Made by a program: the position numbers and the translations under genes
Source: Polynucleobacter sp.
Lineage (GTDB): Bacteria; Pseudomonadota; Gammaproteobacteria; Burkholderiales; Burkholderiaceae
Direction: 5' to 3'
Length of the DNA stretch: 64,000 nucleotides
Assembly: GCA_030157655.1 (NCBI GenBank)
Contig: JAOAUK010000005.1
Location: 20,895 to 84,894 of the forward strand
Notes under the pieces: model-generated
Seen by the model: only the letters and a program-made list of their open reading frames with translations
Told to the model about the DNA's origin: nothing
Database searches by the model: none
Shown here: positions 20,255-30,584 of the stretch, piece after piece
Position numbering within the stretch: the first letter of the stretch is position 1
Layout: each line of letters opens with the position of its first letter

Positions 20255-21400
20255 ATGACTGCGACTCAATTGAACATTCATTTTGAAACGCGCGGCATTG
20301 AGTTTGTATTAAAAACCCAGCAAGACCAAATTATCAATTTGCAAAAAATGCAGGAGCACCTGCACAAATATTCTTTGTGGGATTGCGTCAATCATCAAAG
20401 CGCTCAGGTTAATGGCGCCTATTACAACCATTTCTCTCTAAAGCAATCTTATAAAGATCAATGGGCACCTAATTGGGATACCACTCGTTTGTATACGAGC
20501 ATGTCTATTGATGGTCGTCTAAATAAAGACGACTTAGATAAAGAGATTTTGGTGGCGATGTTGTTGGCAACCATCCCATTTACATTCCCAAGTTATGAAG
20601 AGCTCTTATCGGCTATTCATATCAGGCATTACGTGGTGGATGCTGGTTATCGAGCTGCGCTCAATTTTGACACCGAAGCGGCCGAGCGACCTGTTGATTA
20701 TTGGCACTACGATGAAGAAGCTGGTTTTTTGCTGAATCAAGGCAAATCAATCATTGATGCCTTGATCAAAGCTACTCAACCAGATGACATCTCTCAAGCG
20801 TATTCATTCTCTTGTTACAGGGCCACTGAATATGTGATTCTCTTGAGTATTGCGCAAGAATTAAAAAATGCCAACCCTGATCTACTCAAAAGATTAGAGG
20901 AGCGCTCTGAAACTCGCGCGATTCGATCTGGGGAGTTTCATGAAGTCTTTTTAAAAGAATATGGCTCGATAGAAAACCCATTCCCGATGAAGTATTACGT
21001 GCCAGGTGATCGTGTCTGGTTCCGTAACCCAGATGATCGTTCTTCTGATATCTCTGGTTACGAAGGTTCCTGGGTGATTTATCTTGGACATAACTTATTT
21101 ACCAATTTCTGGAAACGAGATCAGCCTTTCACTCTTGAAACAAAGTGTGTGGAGGTTTATCACTGGAAAGATGGCACTTATGTTGATGCCCATGGTGAGT
21201 TGCAGATGAATGAATCTATTGTTGAGTCGTGCGTGGCCCAATCCATGAGTGATCCACAGACATACAAGATGATTATTGAGCGCATGATGCGTTATCGCGA
21301 CCCTAAAGGTGTTTATGACCAAGGCGGTTGTATTGATACTTCTAGAGAGTCACCGCGTTTAGTATGTATTGGCACAACTGATATCACTATCCCAGACTAA
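20255..21400 (+). CDS. Hypothetical protein, Tgl-like (spore transglutaminase/NlpC-P60 fold) cysteine enzyme
   Basis: YW...GFLL, YSFSC(187), PGDRVWFRNPD, GYEGSWVIYLG blocks resemble Bacillus Tgl as recalled; 9 bp after DUF1854. Confidence 0.65.
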   Translation: MTATQLNIHFETRGIEFVLKTQQDQIINLQKMQEHLHKYSLWDCVNHQSAQVNGAYYNHFSLKQSYKDQWAPNWDTTRLYTSMSIDGRLNKDDLDKEILVAMLLATIPFTFPSYEELLSAIHIRHYVVDAGYRAALNFDTEAAERPVDYWHYDEEAGFLLNQGKSIIDALIKATQPDDISQAYSFSCYRATEYVILLSIAQELKNANPDLLKRLEERSETRAIRSGEFHEVFLKEYGSIENPFPMKYYVPGDRVWFRNPDDRSSDISGYEGSWVIYLGHNLFTNFWKRDQPFTLETKCVEVYHWKDGTYVDAHGELQMNESIVESCVAQSMSDPQTYKMIIERMMRYRDPKGVYDQGGCIDTSRESPRLVCIGTTDITIPD

Positions 21401-21433
21401 AAACTCATCAAATCTCACTTTTTTGAGATTACT

Positions 21434-21489
21434 CTTTTGTAGGAATTTTCTGATTCTTTTGTAGGAAATTTCTTATTCTTATGTAAGAA
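21434..21489. repeat. 2.5 copies of a 22-bp direct repeat, probable regulator binding array
   Basis: CTTTTGTAGGAATTTTCTGATT / CTTTTGTAGGAAATTTCTTATT / CTTATGTAAGAA. Confidence 0.75.
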
Positions 21490-21656
21490 GAAATAACGCC
21501 GCAGCTAGCAAAGCCTTGTAGTTATTGAATCTTAAAAATAACGCCCTGGCATATTTGTTAGATTAAATATATTCAATATTTATCAGCCATATACAACACT
21601 GTGGCTGGCTCCTATTCTGCTCACTCTATTTTCCGATTGATAACTAGAGGAGAGAA

Positions 21657-23030
21657 ATGGTGCATGACAACCATGGTTTAAAAAGAAGTCTACAGCCACG
21701 ACATATACGTTTGATGGCTTTGGGGTCCACGATTGGTGTTGGATTGTTTTTAGGTTCTGCAACCGCTATTCAGTTAGCTGGCCCATCCATTATTTTGGGT
21801 TACATTTTGGCCGGTTTAGTTGCTTTTATTGTTTTAAGAGCTTTGGGTGAGATGGCGGTGCATGAGCCAGTTGCTGGTTCTTTTGCCCATTATGCCGGCA
21901 GATATATTGGGCCATTAGCAGGCTATTTAGTAGGTTGGGGATATTGGACTTATTGGATTGTCGTGGGCTTAGCAGAGGTCACTGCAGTCGGTGTCTATAT
22001 GACCATGTGGTTTCCAGATGTGCCTCAATGGATTTGGGCACTTAGTTCCATCATTGCCATGGCGGGCATCAACTTTGTTGCTGTAAAAGTTTTTGGCGAA
22101 TTTGAGTTCTGGTTCTCGCTCATTAAAGTCGTTGCCATTATCTGCATGATTGCTATTGGTTGCGCCATGATTTTCTTTGGTCTTGGTAATTCTGGTGAGC
22201 CAATTGGTATAGCTAACTTATGGCAACACGGAGGCATTTTCCCTAACGGGGTAGGGGGCTTCTTACTCTCATTGCAAATGGTGTTGTTTGCTTATGTAGG
22301 TATTGAAATGATTGGTTTGTCTGCAGGAGAAGCTGAGAACCCAACCAAAACGATTCCGATGGCAATTGATTCATTAGCGTGGCGTATTTTGATTTTTTAC
22401 GTGGGGGCTTTATTTGTGATCATGGCTATATTCCCATGGCACCAAGTAGGTCAACAAGGAAGCCCTTTTGTCGCTATGTTTGAGAGTATGGGATTGCGTG
22501 AGGCAGCTGGCGTGATTAACTTTGTGGTGATCACTGCGGCCTTGTCATCTTGTAATGCTGGGTTATTTAGTGGCGGACGTTTGTTGTTAGGCCTATCAAA
22601 AGTAGGTAATGCTCCAAAGATATTTTCTGAGCTATCTGGCGCTGGTGTTCCTGCTAAAGCCATTGTGATGACAGCCTTATTACCAACTTTGGGTGTAGCA
22701 CTTAATTATTTTGTTCCAGAGAAGGCTTTTCAGTGGATCACTGCAGCCGTGACCTTAATTGGCTTATTGGTTTGGATTGCGATCTTGTATACGCAAATCC
22801 GCTTTAGACAGTCATTGTCTAAAGAAGAAGCTGGCGCCTTGCCATATAGAGCCATTTTGTGGCCATACGGTTCTTGGTTTGCCATTTTCTTTGTGGTCTT
22901 CGTGATTGGTCTGATGGCTTATTCAGAGATGACACGTATGGCTTTCTATGTGGGGCCACCGATATTAGTTGGTTTAACTGTTTTGTATTTTGTTTTTGGT
23001 TTACATAAAAAAGAAAGGAGAACGTCATGA
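21657..23030 (+). CDS. Amino acid permease (APC/AAT family, ProY/CycA-like)
   Basis: RHIRLMALGSTIGVGLFLGS, FGEFEFWF, AGEAENP; about 12 TM; GAGGAG RBS. Confidence 0.93.
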   Translation: MVHDNHGLKRSLQPRHIRLMALGSTIGVGLFLGSATAIQLAGPSIILGYILAGLVAFIVLRALGEMAVHEPVAGSFAHYAGRYIGPLAGYLVGWGYWTYWIVVGLAEVTAVGVYMTMWFPDVPQWIWALSSIIAMAGINFVAVKVFGEFEFWFSLIKVVAIICMIAIGCAMIFFGLGNSGEPIGIANLWQHGGIFPNGVGGFLLSLQMVLFAYVGIEMIGLSAGEAENPTKTIPMAIDSLAWRILIFYVGALFVIMAIFPWHQVGQQGSPFVAMFESMGLREAAGVINFVVITAALSSCNAGLFSGGRLLLGLSKVGNAPKIFSELSGAGVPAKAIVMTALLPTLGVALNYFVPEKAFQWITAAVTLIGLLVWIAILYTQIRFRQSLSKEEAGALPYRAILWPYGSWFAIFFVVFVIGLMAYSEMTRMAFYVGPPILVGLTVLYFVFGLHKKERRTS

Positions 23031-24142
23031 TTGTAGGAGTACCTAAGGAAGTTAAAAATCACGAATACCGAGTTGGATTAACGCCTGACCTAGTTAGTGA
23101 GTTAAAGCGCTGGGGACATGAAATCTTGGTTGAGAAAAAAGCAGGCGAAGCCATTGGTTTTATGGATGAGCATTATGTGATGGCTGGTGCATCCATGGTT
23201 GATTGCCCTAAAGATGTCTTTGCGCAAGCGGACATGGTGATTAAAGTTAAGGAGCCTCAGCCAGAGGAGTGCATGATGTTGCGCTCAGGTCAGACCTTAT
23301 TTACCTATTTGCACTTGGCGCCAGATCTTAATCAGACTCAAGCTTTAATACAGTCCAATGCGATTTGCATTGCCTATGAGACTGTCACTAGTGCCAATGG
23401 AAGATTGCCTCTTTTGGCTCCTATGAGTGAAGTGGCCGGCAGAATGTCTGTTCAAGCAGCCGCTCATCATTTGGAAAAATCAAATGGTGGCAGAGCACTA
23501 CTATTGGCTGGAGTTCCAGGGGTTACAGCTGCCAATGTGGTGATTTTGGGTGCTGGGGTGGTAGGTAGTTCAGCTTTGCAAATGGCGGTTGGTTTAGGTT
23601 CTCACGTCACTATTTTGGATAAGAACATTGACCGTCTGAGAGATTTGGATGCTATCTACGGCAACAGAATTAACACGCTGTATTCAAGCACTGCCAATAT
23701 TGAGCGCTCAGTACTTGCTGCAGATGTGGTAATTGGCAGCGTCTTGGTACCGGGTGGATCAGCTCCAAAACTAGTCACAAGGAAGATGGTGTCAGATATG
23801 AAGCCTGGTTCCGTGATTGTGGATGTGGCGATTGATCAAGGAGGTTGTTTTGAAACATCTCATGCCACGACGCATCAAGAGCCAACGTATCAGATTGATG
23901 ATGTGATTCACTATTGCGTGGCCAATATGCCAGGTGCAGTGGCTAGAACATCAACAATGGCACTGACCAATGCCACAGCACCATTTATCTTAGAGTTGGC
24001 TAATCGAGGTGTTCATCAAGCATTGAAGGGCAATCACCATCTATTAAACGGGCTCAATGTTTACCAAGGTAATGTGACTTGTGAAGCTGTTGCAAGAGCG
24101 CATGGATTGGATTACGTGGCGCCTGCGTCAATTTTGCATTGA
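23027..24142 (+). CDS. ald: Alanine dehydrogenase
   Basis: GVPKEVKNHEYRV, FTYLHLA, PMSEVAG, DVAIDQGGC, CVANMPGAV; ATGA overlap with permease. Confidence 0.96.
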   Translation: MIVGVPKEVKNHEYRVGLTPDLVSELKRWGHEILVEKKAGEAIGFMDEHYVMAGASMVDCPKDVFAQADMVIKVKEPQPEECMMLRSGQTLFTYLHLAPDLNQTQALIQSNAICIAYETVTSANGRLPLLAPMSEVAGRMSVQAAAHHLEKSNGGRALLLAGVPGVTAANVVILGAGVVGSSALQMAVGLGSHVTILDKNIDRLRDLDAIYGNRINTLYSSTANIERSVLAADVVIGSVLVPGGSAPKLVTRKMVSDMKPGSVIVDVAIDQGGCFETSHATTHQEPTYQIDDVIHYCVANMPGAVARTSTMALTNATAPFILELANRGVHQALKGNHHLLNGLNVYQGNVTCEAVARAHGLDYVAPASILH

Positions 24143-24183
24143 GCAAATCAAAGCGAAAGTTAATAAATAAAAAGTAGCTCAAG

Positions 24184-24218
24184 AAAAAAGCCTCATATCA
24201 ACAATATGAGGCTTTTTC
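24184..24218. terminator. Bidirectional intrinsic terminator between ald and fbp
   Basis: AAAAAAGCCTCATAT-CAACA-ATATGAGGCTTTTT. Confidence 0.8.
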
Positions 24219-24264
24219 ATTTGGCTAAATTTAATTAACTAATAATTAACAACCCAACTACAAC

Positions 24265-25248
24265 TTACGCTTGATGGTATTTCTGAATCAAATCCACTTC
24301 ATTTTTTGAGCCCAAAACAACAGAAACGCGTTGATGTAGTTTTTCAGCTGGCAAAGTCATGATGCGTTCTTTGCCGTTAACAGATGCTCCGCCTGCTTGT
24401 TCAATTAAAAAGCTCATTGGGTTGGCTTCATACATCAAGCGCAGTTTGCCTGGTTTGCTTGGGTCACGTTTATCCCATGGGTACATGAATACTCCACCGC
24501 GGCACAGAATACGATGCACATCAGCCACCATCGAGGCAATCCAGCGCATATTGAAATCTTTGTTACGTGCACCTTCAACGCCTGCTAGACACTCATCAAC
24601 ATAGCGTTTCACGGGTTGATCCCAGTGACGCATATTCGACATGTTGATAGCAAATTCTTTGGTATCAGGTGATATTTGAATATTCTCTTTAATTAATAAG
24701 AACTCGCCAGTTTCATGATCTAAGGTGAACATATGTACACCTTGACCTGTTGTGTAGACCAAAGTTGTTTGTGGTCCGTAGACAACATACCCTGAAGCAA
24801 CTTGATCAACACCGGCTTGCAAGAAATCTTTCTCAGTTAGATCGCCAGCTGTCTTTTTCTTCAAAATTGAAAAAATCGTACCAATTGATACGTTCACATC
24901 AATATTAGATGAGCCATCTAGTGGGTCAAATAGTAACAAGAAGCTACCGCTCTTGTTGGCAGGGAAAATCGTTTCCATTTCTTCTGAAGCCATGCCTGCT
25001 AATGTGGCATCTTTACCGCAAGCATCAAGAAGAATGTCGTTAGAGATGATGTCTAGTTTCTGCTGCGTTTCACCTTGCACATTGCCACTACCTGCTGAGC
25101 CAATAATTCCAGCAAGTGCACCTTGTTCTACTTGCTTGGCAATTAATTTGCAGGCATTGGCTACTGAAACTAATAGAGATGCTGGAATATTGGCATCTTT
25201 GCTACCTAGTGTGGTGATGTGTTGTGTAAAGGTGGTGCCTTGCGACAT
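24265..25248 (-). CDS. fbp: Fructose-1,6-bisphosphatase class 1 (likely start 25248)
   Basis: [33 protein letters not shown]. Confidence 0.96.
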   Translation of the reverse strand: MSQGTTFTQHITTLGSKDANIPASLLVSVANACKLIAKQVEQGALAGIIGSAGSGNVQGETQQKLDIISNDILLDACGKDATLAGMASEEMETIFPANKSGSFLLLFDPLDGSSNIDVNVSIGTIFSILKKKTAGDLTEKDFLQAGVDQVASGYVVYGPQTTLVYTTGQGVHMFTLDHETGEFLLIKENIQISPDTKEFAINMSNMRHWDQPVKRYVDECLAGVEGARNKDFNMRWIASMVADVHRILCRGGVFMYPWDKRDPSKPGKLRLMYEANPMSFLIEQAGGASVNGKERIMTLPAEKLHQRVSVVLGSKNEVDLIQKYHQA

Positions 25249-25262
25249 ATATTTCTTTCTAA

Positions 25263-27854
25263 TCAACTATTAAGTGCTTTTTGAATTACTTCAGCAACAT
25301 CTGAGGATAAATTCGTTTGCTTAGATATGAATTCTAGTGCCGATTTCATATGAACTTGGTAATTTGGTGCAAATTGTTTCCAGCGATCCAAGGCTCTAGC
25401 CAGTCTAGCGGCCACTTGAGGGTTGATGTGATTGAGTTCAATCACATGCTCAGCCCAGAATTGGTAGGTTTCTGGTGATGGCTGATGGAATGCGCCAGGA
25501 TTGTTCATGCAAAAAGCATGTATCAAGCTTCTGGCGCGATTAGGGTTCTTGATGTTGAAGTCAGGGTGTTTTCTGAGATTTGACACATCATGCATCACAG
25601 ACTGCTTTTGCTTGAAATCAATTTGACGGGTCGCTTGTAGGGCAAACCATTTATCGATGACTAAGGCGTCTGACTTAAACCGCTCATGGAAGTTGCTCAA
25701 GCTGCTTGTTGCATGGCTTAATGAGAAGTTAACTAAAACTGCTAGAGCACCGTATTGATCAGTCATGTTGTTAGCTGATTGATATTGTGCGCTGGCTAGC
25801 TCATTGGCGTTGACATGGCTGGCATCTGCCAACATATGTAGAGATAAATTTTTGAGTGAACGTTTCCCGGCACTCTTGGCATCTGGCTTGTAGCTACCCG
25901 GAGTTTGATGCTCTTGGTAAGCCCATAACCAATCATCTTCTAGGGCAGTGGCTAGTTGTTGGCGGACTTGGCGACGTGCTTGATGGATGGCTTGAGGATC
26001 AATCACGCTCACTTGCTCGTATAGATAGCTCTCAGCCGGTAATGTAAATAATAAATCTTTGAAAGCTGGATCTAAATCAGGGTTGCGCAAAATTGCTCTT
26101 AGCGCCGTTACAAGTTCGGCATCAAGTTCTTTGCCATTCAAGATACTCTGCATGAAAAGCTTCTGCGCTGCTTCCCAGCGATTGAAGGCATCATCATCTT
26201 CTTTGAGTAAGGTGAGTAATTCAGATTCGGATTGTTCAAAATCTAAAACGATCGGTGCAGAAAAGTTTCTGTTGATAGATAAAACTGGCTTTTTAGAAAG
26301 CCCTGTCACCGTAATGGTTTGTGATGGTTCTGTTAGTTCAAATAATTGTTCTGGACTGGATTCTTCACCAATCAACCGGTAGAGCAATGGAATGTGGAAG
26401 GGCTCTTTTTTATTTTGTCCTGGTGTTGCTGGGCAAGATTGAGTCAATGTCACTTGATAAGTGCCGGCAACAAAAGATTCTTCGACTTTCACGCGTGGTG
26501 TACCTGCTTGGCTATACCAGCGTTTAAATTGACCAAGGTCTTTTTGATTAGCATCCGCCATGGCTGCAACAAAGTCATCGCATGTGACTGCTTGGCCATC
26601 ATGGCGCTTGAAGTACAAGTCCATGCCTTTACGAAAACCCTCGCGACCCAATAGAGTTTGTTGCATGCGCACGACTTCAGAACCCTTTTCGTAAACAGTG
26701 ACGGTGTAGAAGTTATTAATTTCTTGATAACTGTCTGGGCGAATCGGGTGTGCCATCGGGCCAGCATCTTCTGGAAACTGTACTTGGCGTAACAGGCGAA
26801 CATCTTCAATGCGTTTTACTGCGCGACCTGATTCGCTGCCCATTTGATCGGCAGAAAACTCTTGGTCTCTGAAAACAGTTAAACCCTCTTTAAGAGATAG
26901 TTGGAACCAATCTCTACAAGTAACTCGGTTGCCGGTCCAGTTATGGAAGTACTCATGAGCCACAACACTCTCTACGTTGCCATAATCCACATCACTGGCT
27001 GTTTCTGGGTTGGCTAAAACAAATTTAGTGTTAAAAATGTTTAAACCTTTGTTTTCCATCGCGCCCATATTGAAGTCACCCACGGCAACAATCATGAAGC
27101 GATCAAGGTCAAGCTCTAAACCAAAGCGCTCTTCATCCCATTTGATAGACGCGATCAAAGAGTCCATGGCATGTTCGGTCTTATCCAAGTCTTTCGATTC
27201 AACCCATACTTGTAAGAGTTTCTCTTTGCCTGACTGGCTTTTAATGGTTCTTTGTATGGCCTGCAATTTGCCTGCTACTAGTGCAAACAAATAGGATGGT
27301 TTTGGAAATGGGTCTTGCCAAACAGCGCTATGCCAGCCATTACCTAACTCTTCTTGTTTGATTAAGTTGCCATTGGATAGCAACACCGGAAAATCATTTT
27401 TAAGTGCGCGCAGTGTGACTTGATAGGTCGCCATCACATCTGGGCGATCTAAGAAGTAAGTAATCTTACGAAAACCTTCTGCTTCACATTGGGTAAAGAA
27501 ATTACCATTGGACACATACAAGCCCATGAGGGATGTGTTTTTGTCAGGCGCATTAGCACTGGTGATACTTAATTCAAAACTGTCTGGCAAATTGTGAAGG
27601 GTGAGGGTGTGCGGCGTTAGTTCATATTCACGAATAATTTCGCCATTAATGCGCACACTCACTAATTCTTGTTCTTCGCCGTGCAGGACCAATGATTGAC
27701 CTTGGCCACCAGTAGTTCTTTGCATGGTCATGCGGTTGACAACAATCGTTCTGGCTGGAATTAATGCAATATCTAAATCAACTGATTTGATCGTATAAGC
27801 AGGTTCTTTATAGTCACTTCTTAAAAAAGTAATAGGGGTTTCTGTTCTGGCCAT
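25263..27854 (-). CDS. pepN: Aminopeptidase N
   Basis: [31 protein letters not shown] zinc motif. Confidence 0.96.
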   Translation of the reverse strand: MARTETPITFLRSDYKEPAYTIKSVDLDIALIPARTIVVNRMTMQRTTGGQGQSLVLHGEEQELVSVRINGEIIREYELTPHTLTLHNLPDSFELSITSANAPDKNTSLMGLYVSNGNFFTQCEAEGFRKITYFLDRPDVMATYQVTLRALKNDFPVLLSNGNLIKQEELGNGWHSAVWQDPFPKPSYLFALVAGKLQAIQRTIKSQSGKEKLLQVWVESKDLDKTEHAMDSLIASIKWDEERFGLELDLDRFMIVAVGDFNMGAMENKGLNIFNTKFVLANPETASDVDYGNVESVVAHEYFHNWTGNRVTCRDWFQLSLKEGLTVFRDQEFSADQMGSESGRAVKRIEDVRLLRQVQFPEDAGPMAHPIRPDSYQEINNFYTVTVYEKGSEVVRMQQTLLGREGFRKGMDLYFKRHDGQAVTCDDFVAAMADANQKDLGQFKRWYSQAGTPRVKVEESFVAGTYQVTLTQSCPATPGQNKKEPFHIPLLYRLIGEESSPEQLFELTEPSQTITVTGLSKKPVLSINRNFSAPIVLDFEQSESELLTLLKEDDDAFNRWEAAQKLFMQSILNGKELDAELVTALRAILRNPDLDPAFKDLLFTLPAESYLYEQVSVIDPQAIHQARRQVRQQLATALEDDWLWAYQEHQTPGSYKPDAKSAGKRSLKNLSLHMLADASHVNANELASAQYQSANNMTDQYGALAVLVNFSLSHATSSLSNFHERFKSDALVIDKWFALQATRQIDFKQKQSVMHDVSNLRKHPDFNIKNPNRARSLIHAFCMNNPGAFHQPSPETYQFWAEHVIELNHINPQVAARLARALDRWKQFAPNYQVHMKSALEFISKQTNLSSDVAEVIQKALNS

Positions 27855-27897
27855 CAATAGTCTCTCAAATTGTTTTAGTTATTACGTTGCACTAATA

Positions 27898-28470
27898 CTA
27901 GATTAATAAAGTACCAACACCTATACCAATAAAAATAATTGCAGCAATGCTGTGCACCCATTTAATAGGTAAAGCCCTGGTAAATTTCTTACCTAACCAA
28001 ACTGCAGGAGCATTTGCAAGCATCATGCCAATCGTTGTTCCTGCCACCACGGCTAATAAGTCATCATAGCGAGCACCTAAAGCCACAGTGGCTACTTGGG
28101 TTTTATCTCCCATTTCTGCCATGAAAAACAATGAGGTCGTGATGGTGAATACTTTCCAGCTATTGTGAGTCGTTGGTGTATTTTCATCGCCATCTAATTT
28201 ATCTGGGATGAGTAGCCATAAACCTAAGCCTATAAATCCAGCACCCAAAATCCAACGCATCACCTCAGGGCTTAGCCAAGCTGAAATGGCGCTACCTAGT
28301 AAAGCAGCCAAGGCATGATTGAGAATGGTGGCTATTAATATGCCGCCAATGATGGCCCAATGATGATCTTTGTATTTGGCAGATAGCATTAAGGATAAAA
28401 GTTGGGTTTTATCCCCGATTTCAGCCAAAGCAACTATGCTGGTGGCTAGTAAAAAATAATTAAAATCCAT
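27898..28470 (-). CDS. TMEM165/GDT1 (UPF0016) Mn2+/Ca2+ transporter
   Basis: Twin EIGDKTQ and EMGDKTQ motifs. Confidence 0.92.
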   Translation of the reverse strand: MDFNYFLLATSIVALAEIGDKTQLLSLMLSAKYKDHHWAIIGGILIATILNHALAALLGSAISAWLSPEVMRWILGAGFIGLGLWLLIPDKLDGDENTPTTHNSWKVFTITTSLFFMAEMGDKTQVATVALGARYDDLLAVVAGTTIGMMLANAPAVWLGKKFTRALPIKWVHSIAAIIFIGIGVGTLLI

Positions 28471-28668
28471 TTAAAAACAATCAGTTATAGATAATTTATC
28501 TATTTAGTTAAAAGCTATCACAAAAATTAATAAATACAATTTAACTATCGATCTGTTTTAGACATAAACTACGTCTGTCTAGTTTGATAGCTACTTGAGC
28601 TTAATTTTCATAACTCAAATAGCAATCGTAACCGACTTAGAAGTTCAATCTATCGATAGGAGTGAAAT

Positions 28669-29097
28669 ATGCCAACATTAAAAGGTAGTAAAACTGAGCA
28701 AAGCTTGAAAGACGCATTTGCTGGTGAGTCACAGGCTAACCGCCGTTACTTGTATTTCGCGAACATGTGCGACATCGCAGGCGAAAACGACGTAGCTGCA
28801 TTGTTCCGTTCAACAGCTGAAGGTGAGACAGGTCACGCACACGGTCATATGGAATTTTTGATCGAAGGTGGTGCAGGTGAGCCTGGTACAGGTATGCCTG
28901 GTCGTACACCAAAAGAAGCACTAGAAGCTGCGATTCACGGTGAAACACACGAGTACACAGATATGTATCCTGGCATGGCCAAGATTGCTCGTGATGAAGG
29001 TTTCGACGAAATCGCTGACTGGTTCGAGACTTTGGCAAAGGCTGAGCGTTCACACGCTAACCGTTACCAAAAAGCTTTGGATGCACTAGGCGCGTAA
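28669..29097 (+). CDS. Short-chain rubrerythrin (no rubredoxin domain)
   Basis: [37 protein letters not shown] di-iron ligands; AGGAG RBS. Confidence 0.93.
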   Translation: MPTLKGSKTEQSLKDAFAGESQANRRYLYFANMCDIAGENDVAALFRSTAEGETGHAHGHMEFLIEGGAGEPGTGMPGRTPKEALEAAIHGETHEYTDMYPGMAKIARDEGFDEIADWFETLAKAERSHANRYQKALDALGA

Positions 29098-29223
29098 GTA
29101 GTAGAAATAGCCTTTTGTTCTAAAGGCTTTTTAAAGAGCCCTGAAGTTTTACCTCGGGGCTCTCATAAAAAGTCTTAACAATTAAATATTTCCTAAACAA
29201 CAACTAAAAAAAGGAATCACATC

Positions 29224-30561
29224 ATGAGTCAACGAGAAGGTAATTTGGAAGCCCCAACTAGACACGCGCTAGATTGGAAAAATCCAGACTTTTATAACCA
29301 AGAATCTCTCAATGCAGAGATGGAGCGTGTATTTGACATATGCCATGGTTGCCGTCGTTGTGTGAGCTTGTGTGGTTCGTTCCCGACCTTATTTGATTTA
29401 GTGGATGCGACCGATGATGGTGAGGTTCACGGTGTTGATAAGAAAGACTACGACAAAGTAGTTGACCAATGCTATTTGTGTGATCTTTGCTACATGACAA
29501 AGTGCCCATACACACCACCGCATGTTTGGAATTTGGATTTCCCGCATCTCATGTTGCGCGCCAAGGCGATCAAGCATAAGAATGGTGAAACCAGCTTTAG
29601 AGATAACGTCTTATCTTCAACAGATAAGTTAGGTAGCTTTGCGGGTATTCCAATCGTGACGCAAACTGTAAACGCTGTGAACAGTACAAAAGTGATGCGT
29701 AACGTGATGGAAGCAACTTTGGGCGTTGATAAGAACGCTTGGATTCCTAGCTATGCACCACAAACATTTAAGCAAGTGGCTAAAGAGTCAGCAGCTTGGC
29801 CTGTAAAAGATGGCGAGAAAACGCCTGGTAAGGTGGCCGTGTACTCAACTTGCTTTATTAACTATAACGAGCCAGGTATTGGTCAGGATTTATTGAAGTT
29901 ATTAGCTCACAACGAGATTCCATACAAGCTAGTAGAAAAAGATGCTTGTTGCGGTATGCCTAAGTTGGAGTTAGGTGACCTTGAGTCTGTTGCTAAGAAC
30001 AAAGACATCAATATTCCACAATTGGTGAAGTTGGCTAGAGAAGGTTATGCCATCGTGACACCAATCCCATCATGTACTTTGATGTTTAAACAAGAATTGC
30101 CATTGATGTTCCCTGATGAAGAAGATGTGCAATTGGTGAAAGAAGCGATGTGGGATCCATTTGAGTACTTCATTGCTCGTAATAAAGATGGTTTGCTAAA
30201 AACAGACTTCAAGGTCGAGTTAGGCAAAGTTAGTTATCACGTGCCATGTCATTTGCGCGTGCAAAACGTGGGTAAGAAAACAGCAGAAACGTTACAAATG
30301 ATTCCGGGCACTGAAGTTAATGTGGTGGAGCGCTGCTCTGGCCATGCTGGTACTTGGGGTGTCAAAAAAGAGTTTCATAAAACAGCTATGAAGATTGGTA
30401 AACCTGTATTTAAGAACATGGCAAGTACAGAGCCAGACTTTATTAGTTCTGATTGCCAGTTAGCTGGTCATCATATTGAGCAAGGTATGGAAGAAGGCGG
30501 AATGAAGAAGTCACAAATGGCTCATCCGATTTCTCTTTTGGCTAAGGCTTATGGCCTTTAA
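29224..30561 (+). CDS. Rubrerythrin-associated Fe-S oxidoreductase (GlpC/HdrD-like, CCG domains)
   Basis: CHGCRRC..LC, CYLCDLC..KCPY, CCGMP, HVPCH, CSGH. Confidence 0.88.
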   Translation: MSQREGNLEAPTRHALDWKNPDFYNQESLNAEMERVFDICHGCRRCVSLCGSFPTLFDLVDATDDGEVHGVDKKDYDKVVDQCYLCDLCYMTKCPYTPPHVWNLDFPHLMLRAKAIKHKNGETSFRDNVLSSTDKLGSFAGIPIVTQTVNAVNSTKVMRNVMEATLGVDKNAWIPSYAPQTFKQVAKESAAWPVKDGEKTPGKVAVYSTCFINYNEPGIGQDLLKLLAHNEIPYKLVEKDACCGMPKLELGDLESVAKNKDINIPQLVKLAREGYAIVTPIPSCTLMFKQELPLMFPDEEDVQLVKEAMWDPFEYFIARNKDGLLKTDFKVELGKVSYHVPCHLRVQNVGKKTAETLQMIPGTEVNVVERCSGHAGTWGVKKEFHKTAMKIGKPVFKNMASTEPDFISSDCQLAGHHIEQGMEEGGMKKSQMAHPISLLAKAYGL

Positions 30562-30584
30562 TCAACATTATTAGGAGTGGGTAG

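Noticed and set aside
21434-21489. Direct repeats as a mini-CRISPR
   Set aside because: Units are contiguous with no spacers and only 2.5 copies; no cas genes
21547-21561. Sigma-54 promoter TGGCAT... upstream of the permease
   Set aside because: -24 element fits but the -12 position reads TTAG rather than TTGC
28471-28668. yybP-ykoY Mn riboswitch upstream of the GDT1 transporter
   Set aside because: Region is very AT-rich with no recognisable GGGGAGUA core or four-way junction on the minus strand
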